A stretch of 64,000 nucleotides of DNA from the IMG/VR virus record IMGVR_UViG_3300030102_007128; one strand, 5' to 3'. How positions within the stretch are numbered: position 1 is the stretch's first letter; every line of letters starts with the position of its first letter. Origin of the DNA: an uncultured virus (IMG/VR IMGVR_UViG_3300030102_007128). Lineage: Duplodnaviria > Heunggongvirae > Uroviricota > Caudoviricetes. Both the position numbers and the translations under genes were made by a program. Shown here in pieces: positions 59,837 through 64,000 of the stretch. The notes under the pieces were generated by a model, which saw only the letters and a list, made by a program, of their open reading frames with translations, had not been told where the DNA came from and ran no database searches.

Positions 59837-62742
59837 ATGAATAAAACAGAAGACATAAAAAAACAACTTGAAAATCTATCAGATGATGATGGATATATTG
59901 GCTATTACGAGGCTCGAAATTTTTTACAATCTAATTTACCTGATTTAGATGAATTTGAGTTAGATGAGGCTATGGAAGATTTAGAACCTGATTATTCAAA
60001 TTATGAAGATGAAGAGGTTTTTTATGTATTAGATGTAGAAAATAAATATGATGAATTAAAAACATCTTATGCAAAAGGAGGTAAAATAAAAATGTATGAT
60101 GAATTACAGGAATATGAAAACGATGCTCAAATAGGAGATAAAATCTATGTAGGATATGGACTTGCTAAAAAAAATATAACTAAACCTGAATACGAGGTGG
60201 TTGGTAAAAACCCTGATGGAACAATAAAAGTAAGAAATTATGGAAGTAAGGCAAAGAAAACTTTTTTAACATTTGGTCCGCAATCTTATGATGAGCAAGT
60301 TATGGTGTTTTCAAAAGGCGGGAAAATAGATGTAGTTGATGAAAGAAGTGTAGGTAAAATGAAAATAATTGTTTTGAATGATGGTAAAACTTCAAGAACA
60401 ATAACTTTCAAAGATGGAGTTCAAAATAAATTCAATAGAAACAAAAAAGAAGATATAGAAAAACTTTGGGATTTGTCTGGTAAAGTTCCTTACGGCACGA
60501 TAGTAGATAAAAACTACAAGTTTGAACACGGTGGTAGTATATTAGAGAAATCTTATAATCCTCAAGAAGTTTTTGATATGATAACTCAAGCAGGAACTTG
60601 GGAAGAATTTATGAGTGCAGACGGAGATGGTAGATTAGAAATATATAATAACGCAAAATACAGATTTGAAAAGGGTGGTAAAACAATAAGCAGAGAAGAA
60701 GTAGTAGAAGTCCTTAAAGATAAGTTAGAAGATGTATTAGAAGATGCTAATCAAGAATATGAAGGACAAGAAATAACAGGAGAAGAGGTAGAATACGAAA
60801 GTAGAGATGGTTTTATACCTTATACTGATGGGGGTTATGAATACAGATTTTTTACATACGGAAACTATTTGACAGGTTCAGGAAAATCTTTACCTACAAA
60901 TACTTTAGATGCTGAATTAGAAAGAGTAGAAAATCTAAATTATGAATATGGCAAAGAAAGATTTGAAGAAGAATATCCTGACATAGTAAAAGAATTAGGA
61001 GGTATTGAAAATGTTGATTATAATTCCTTATCTGAGGCAGGTTATGAAAGTGAGGCAGATGATTTAGATGAGTTTTCGAGAAGTGATGATGATAGTATTA
61101 TGTTTGAAGTAGAAGCATTTTATTACAAACCTGATAATGATAGAGGTGTTGATGGTAAACATACAATCGTATTATCAGGAAGTGTAAATATGGAGGCGCC
61201 TTATCACCGAACAGGTAATATGGAAGATTATATACAAGAAACATTCACTTTTGATAGTATAAAAGATTTAGAAGACAAGTTAGATAAATCTATACCTAAA
61301 ATAGAGGCTTGGTTTGATGGAGATAATTATAAACAAGGAAAAGAATTAAAAATGGGAAGATTTGAAAAAGGTGGTGAGGTTGAGAAACACTATAAAATAG
61401 AGTTTTTAGATGAAAATGAAGAGATTATAGATGTTGAAAGATATGGAAACACAGAGCCGGACCAAGATGATTACTATGAGATGGCGAGCAAATTAAACGC
61501 ATTTTCTGGAATTGTTTATAGTTATGATGAAGATGATGAAGATGGCACCTTGAAAGATGAGGGTTTTTATGAAACTGATTTTGGTGTTTTTCAATATAAA
61601 AAAGGTGGTTTAATCAGAGAATATATCAAACCAAAAGGAATGAGATTACTTTCTGATGAAAGAAAACAAAAAATAAAAGAGGCACAAAAAGAGTATGATA
61701 AAAAACCAAACGACATAAATCAAGCAGCATTACAAGGACAAATAGATAGAGCAGTAGATGAGGTAGAAAATAGAGTAATGGGTATTGATGGAAAATACGA
61801 AAGTTATTTAGTTAGATATGCAAAAGGTGGTAGAATTTTGGTAGGTAGATTTGATGAAAAACAACTTAAAAATAAAGAGGATAAAAAAGCGATAGAAAAG
61901 GCACAAAAAGAAAGTGGCTTAACATATATAGATAGTAAAATCATTAAAAAAGGTGGTAAAATGTTTATGGAAGTTTATCTAATCCCTAATGAAGAATACT
62001 ATAAATCCTCAAAATTTTCAAAAGGGGGTTATGTTACCTCAAGAAATATAAAAGAGAGTGTAAGAGAGTATTTAATGGATAAGGTGCCTTATGTTCGAAA
62101 GCCTGTTGATTTAGAAGAGGTTAATACGGTATTAGATTTTACTAAATTACCTGATGATGTGAAAACTGCTATCTTAAATATGAAAAAAATAGTAGTAAGA
62201 GATGATGAAGATTTATCTTTCTTCAAATCAAGATTAGATGGAGATATACAATTCTATATTCTATTTATTAAAGGAGAGCCTTATTTAGTAGATACACAGG
62301 GATACGATTACGCTCGATATATAGTAAGAATAGTTGGGGCAGGAGAAGAGTTAAGTGTTAAATTATCTAATTATGTAGAATACACCCCTTATGCAAAAGG
62401 TGGTATAATAACAGGAGCAGGAAAACCAGGTTTAGATAAAATTAAAAAAATATCTAAAGACAATCCAAGTCAAATGTATAAGGTAACTGATGATAATTAT
62501 ACAAATATTGGAACCTTTTATCTTAAAAATGGAAAGTTTGCTAAAATGACGGTTTCAAATGCAGATTATGATTTTGCTTACAACAAAGTATCATTAAGAC
62601 CTAAACGAGATGTTATATATAAAGCAACAGAGATAGAAGNNNNNNNNNNTTCGCAAAAGGAGGAAAAGTAAAAAGTAATAATAACGAAATGATAATTGGA
62701 GGTTTAGCAGGTATTCTGTTTGGCTTCTTATTAAATAAATAA
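59837..62742 (+). CDS. Third large [YFM]xxGG-linker polyprotein, ending in a glycine-zipper TM
   Basis: About 10 linkers. After the gap at 62640-62649 the frame reads FAKGGKVKSNNNEMIIGGLAGILFGFLLNK to a stop at 62742. Confidence 0.75.
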
Positions 62743-62743
62743 T

Positions 62744-63667
62744 ATGAGTAAAGTAGATTTAGCAAAAAAGACAGCGAAGTTAATGGTTGAGAAACTCTCT
62801 CCACAAGAGTTAGAGAATGAGTTATATCAACTATTGGTTTTATTATCTGATGATGATTTAGATTACGCTTATGATGATATAAGTAGAGGTGATATAGCCG
62901 GTCCTCCATCAGATTATACACCAATGTCAGCGTCTAATTTTGAAGATGAGTTAGATGATATGGAAGAAGCAGGCGTGTTAATAAATAATCCACAAGATAC
63001 AGAAGAGTATTTAAGAACATCAACTTATGTAGAGGGAGATGAAAAGAAGCCTACTTTTGAATTAGATGAATTTGTTTACGCTTATGAACCTGGTATGGAT
63101 AGATGGCTTCCTTATACTATTCATAATATTATAGGTGATAATAAATATGAGTTAAGAGAATATGGAGTGGGAGCACCATCACAAGCAGGAGATATAATTG
63201 AATATGAAGGAGAGTTGAAAAAACAGCCAGAGGACAAAGTGTTTTTAGTTCAAGATTACCTATACGCCAATAGTGGTAAAGATTTTGAAGATTTTGTAAA
63301 GAAAAGTGACCTTGTAAAAGATGTTTTTATAGATACTATGAGTGGAACGGTAGATTTAGAATGGAATGACCCTACTATGAAAGGATATATTACACAAGCC
63401 ACTCCGTTTTGGAATGAGCCAGATGAAATACCCGTTCAAGTAACGACTGAAGAAGGTGTCCTTATAGATGGTAGTGGAGTTTTAGAATACGAAGATTTGA
63501 ATGTTCGTTTTAAGCCAACACCAGAGTTTGATATAGATAATGCTGTTTATCCTAATGACCCTGATGACTTTTATCGGGCTTATATATCTGCTTTACCAAA
63601 AATACTGAAAATAAGTAAGCAAATTGTAGATATATATGAAGATTATCAGTCAGAGCAAGAAGATTAA
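62744..63667 (+). CDS. Acidic hypothetical protein
   Basis: 307-aa ORF. Confidence 0.7.
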   Translation: MSKVDLAKKTAKLMVEKLSPQELENELYQLLVLLSDDDLDYAYDDISRGDIAGPPSDYTPMSASNFEDELDDMEEAGVLINNPQDTEEYLRTSTYVEGDEKKPTFELDEFVYAYEPGMDRWLPYTIHNIIGDNKYELREYGVGAPSQAGDIIEYEGELKKQPEDKVFLVQDYLYANSGKDFEDFVKKSDLVKDVFIDTMSGTVDLEWNDPTMKGYITQATPFWNEPDEIPVQVTTEEGVLIDGSGVLEYEDLNVRFKPTPEFDIDNAVYPNDPDDFYRAYISALPKILKISKQIVDIYEDYQSEQED

Positions 63668-63685
63668 TAATAATAAAATAAAAAT

Positions 63686-64000
63686 ATGTCAGGAAATATA
63701 ACACAAGGATTCGGTTTTAACAAAGGAGGAAGTTCAGGAGGTGGAGGAACTAATACCAATATTGCTAACGCTGATTTAACAAGTGATGGAAATCACACTT
63801 TAGATGTAGCAGCCACTACACTAACAATAGATAGTGGAGCAGTTGATATGGCTAAATTTAACGGAACAACTAATAAAATAACATTTGGACCAAGTGGGGA
63901 TGACTATACATTTCCTGATGAAAGACCAGGAGCAACAGGTGATGTTTTAAGTGCCGCAGACACAAGTGGTAATTTAGAGTGGATAACTCCAACACCTAAT
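63686..64000 (+). CDS. Fibre/spike-like protein, 3' truncated (not in ORF track)
   Basis: MSGNITQGFGFNKGG...YTFPDERPGATGDVLSAADTSGNLEW matches a common phage fibre repeat pattern. Confidence 0.6.
   Translation, partial: MSGNITQGFGFNKGGSSGGGGTNTNIANADLTSDGNHTLDVAATTLTIDSGAVDMAKFNGTTNKITFGPSGDDYTFPDERPGATGDVLSAADTSGNLEWITPTPN

Noticed and set aside
5200..62742. Apparent frameshifts or pseudogenes at 6141, 8295, 18184, 22813, 50104 and 62640
   Set aside because: Each break coincides with a 10-N scaffold gap of arbitrary length, so these are assembly artefacts rather than programmed frameshifts or decay.
141..62924. Minus-strand and nested alternative-frame ORFs in the track
   Set aside because: Nearly all overlap longer + strand genes and have the F/L/S/I-rich composition of antisense shadows; none shows a recognisable motif.
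1..64000. Eukaryotic giant virus (NCLDV) assignment
   Set aside because: The amidase, peptidoglycan-binding domains, ArdA, RusA-like and DnaA_C-like genes, operon-style coupling and Bacteroidota promoter elements all point to a bacterial host. No NCLDV-size capsid protein was seen.
1..64000. Bacterial chromosome or conjugative element
   Set aside because: There are no housekeeping operons, relaxase, T4SS or integrase. Single-strand packing, lysis genes and the high fraction of unknown ORFs fit a virus.
1..64000. Stop-codon reassignment
   Set aside because: The standard code already gives near-complete coding density, and TAA, TAG and TGA all end genes at sensible junctions.

Overview
AT-rich scaffold with seven 10-N assembly gaps. 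Every credible gene lies on the + strand, densely packed, and translates with the standard code. It looks like part of a large bacteriophage genome. A Bacteroidota host is likely: TAnnTTTG promoter elements, A-rich start contexts without Shine-Dalgarno, an Amidase_3 endolysin and peptidoglycan-binding domains. No terminase, portal, tail tube or tape measure gene is recognisable. Instead there is an A32/FtsK-HerA-type ATPase, a beta-rich capsid candidate with high-expression codon bias, a neighbouring HExxH peptidase and several dozen small membrane-anchored proteins. Together these suggest a large tailless, internal-membrane virus (inference). Left part: a MoxR AAA/metallopeptidase/vWA trio, a degenerate methyltransferase with a giant DarB-like SF2 helicase, and polyproteins of unrelated modules joined by [YFM]xxGG linkers, one module being a complete ArdA. 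Middle: PAP2 phosphatase, amidase, RusA-like and DnaA_C-like genes, and a glycosylation cluster (gmd, GT2, GT17, methyltransferase-GT fusion). Right: the membrane-protein cluster, Mn-type SOD, holin- and spanin-like genes, another GG-linker polyprotein and the start of a fibre-like gene. The most striking unexplained structure is three recurrent peptide motifs: [YFM]xxGG linkers (often the identical 14-mer TATGCAAAAGGTGG), [FYWM]xNxxG in the structural proteins, and AG just before C-terminal anchors. These may form a processing/addressing and cassette-shuffling system. All family calls come from motif recognition by eye; no searches were run.
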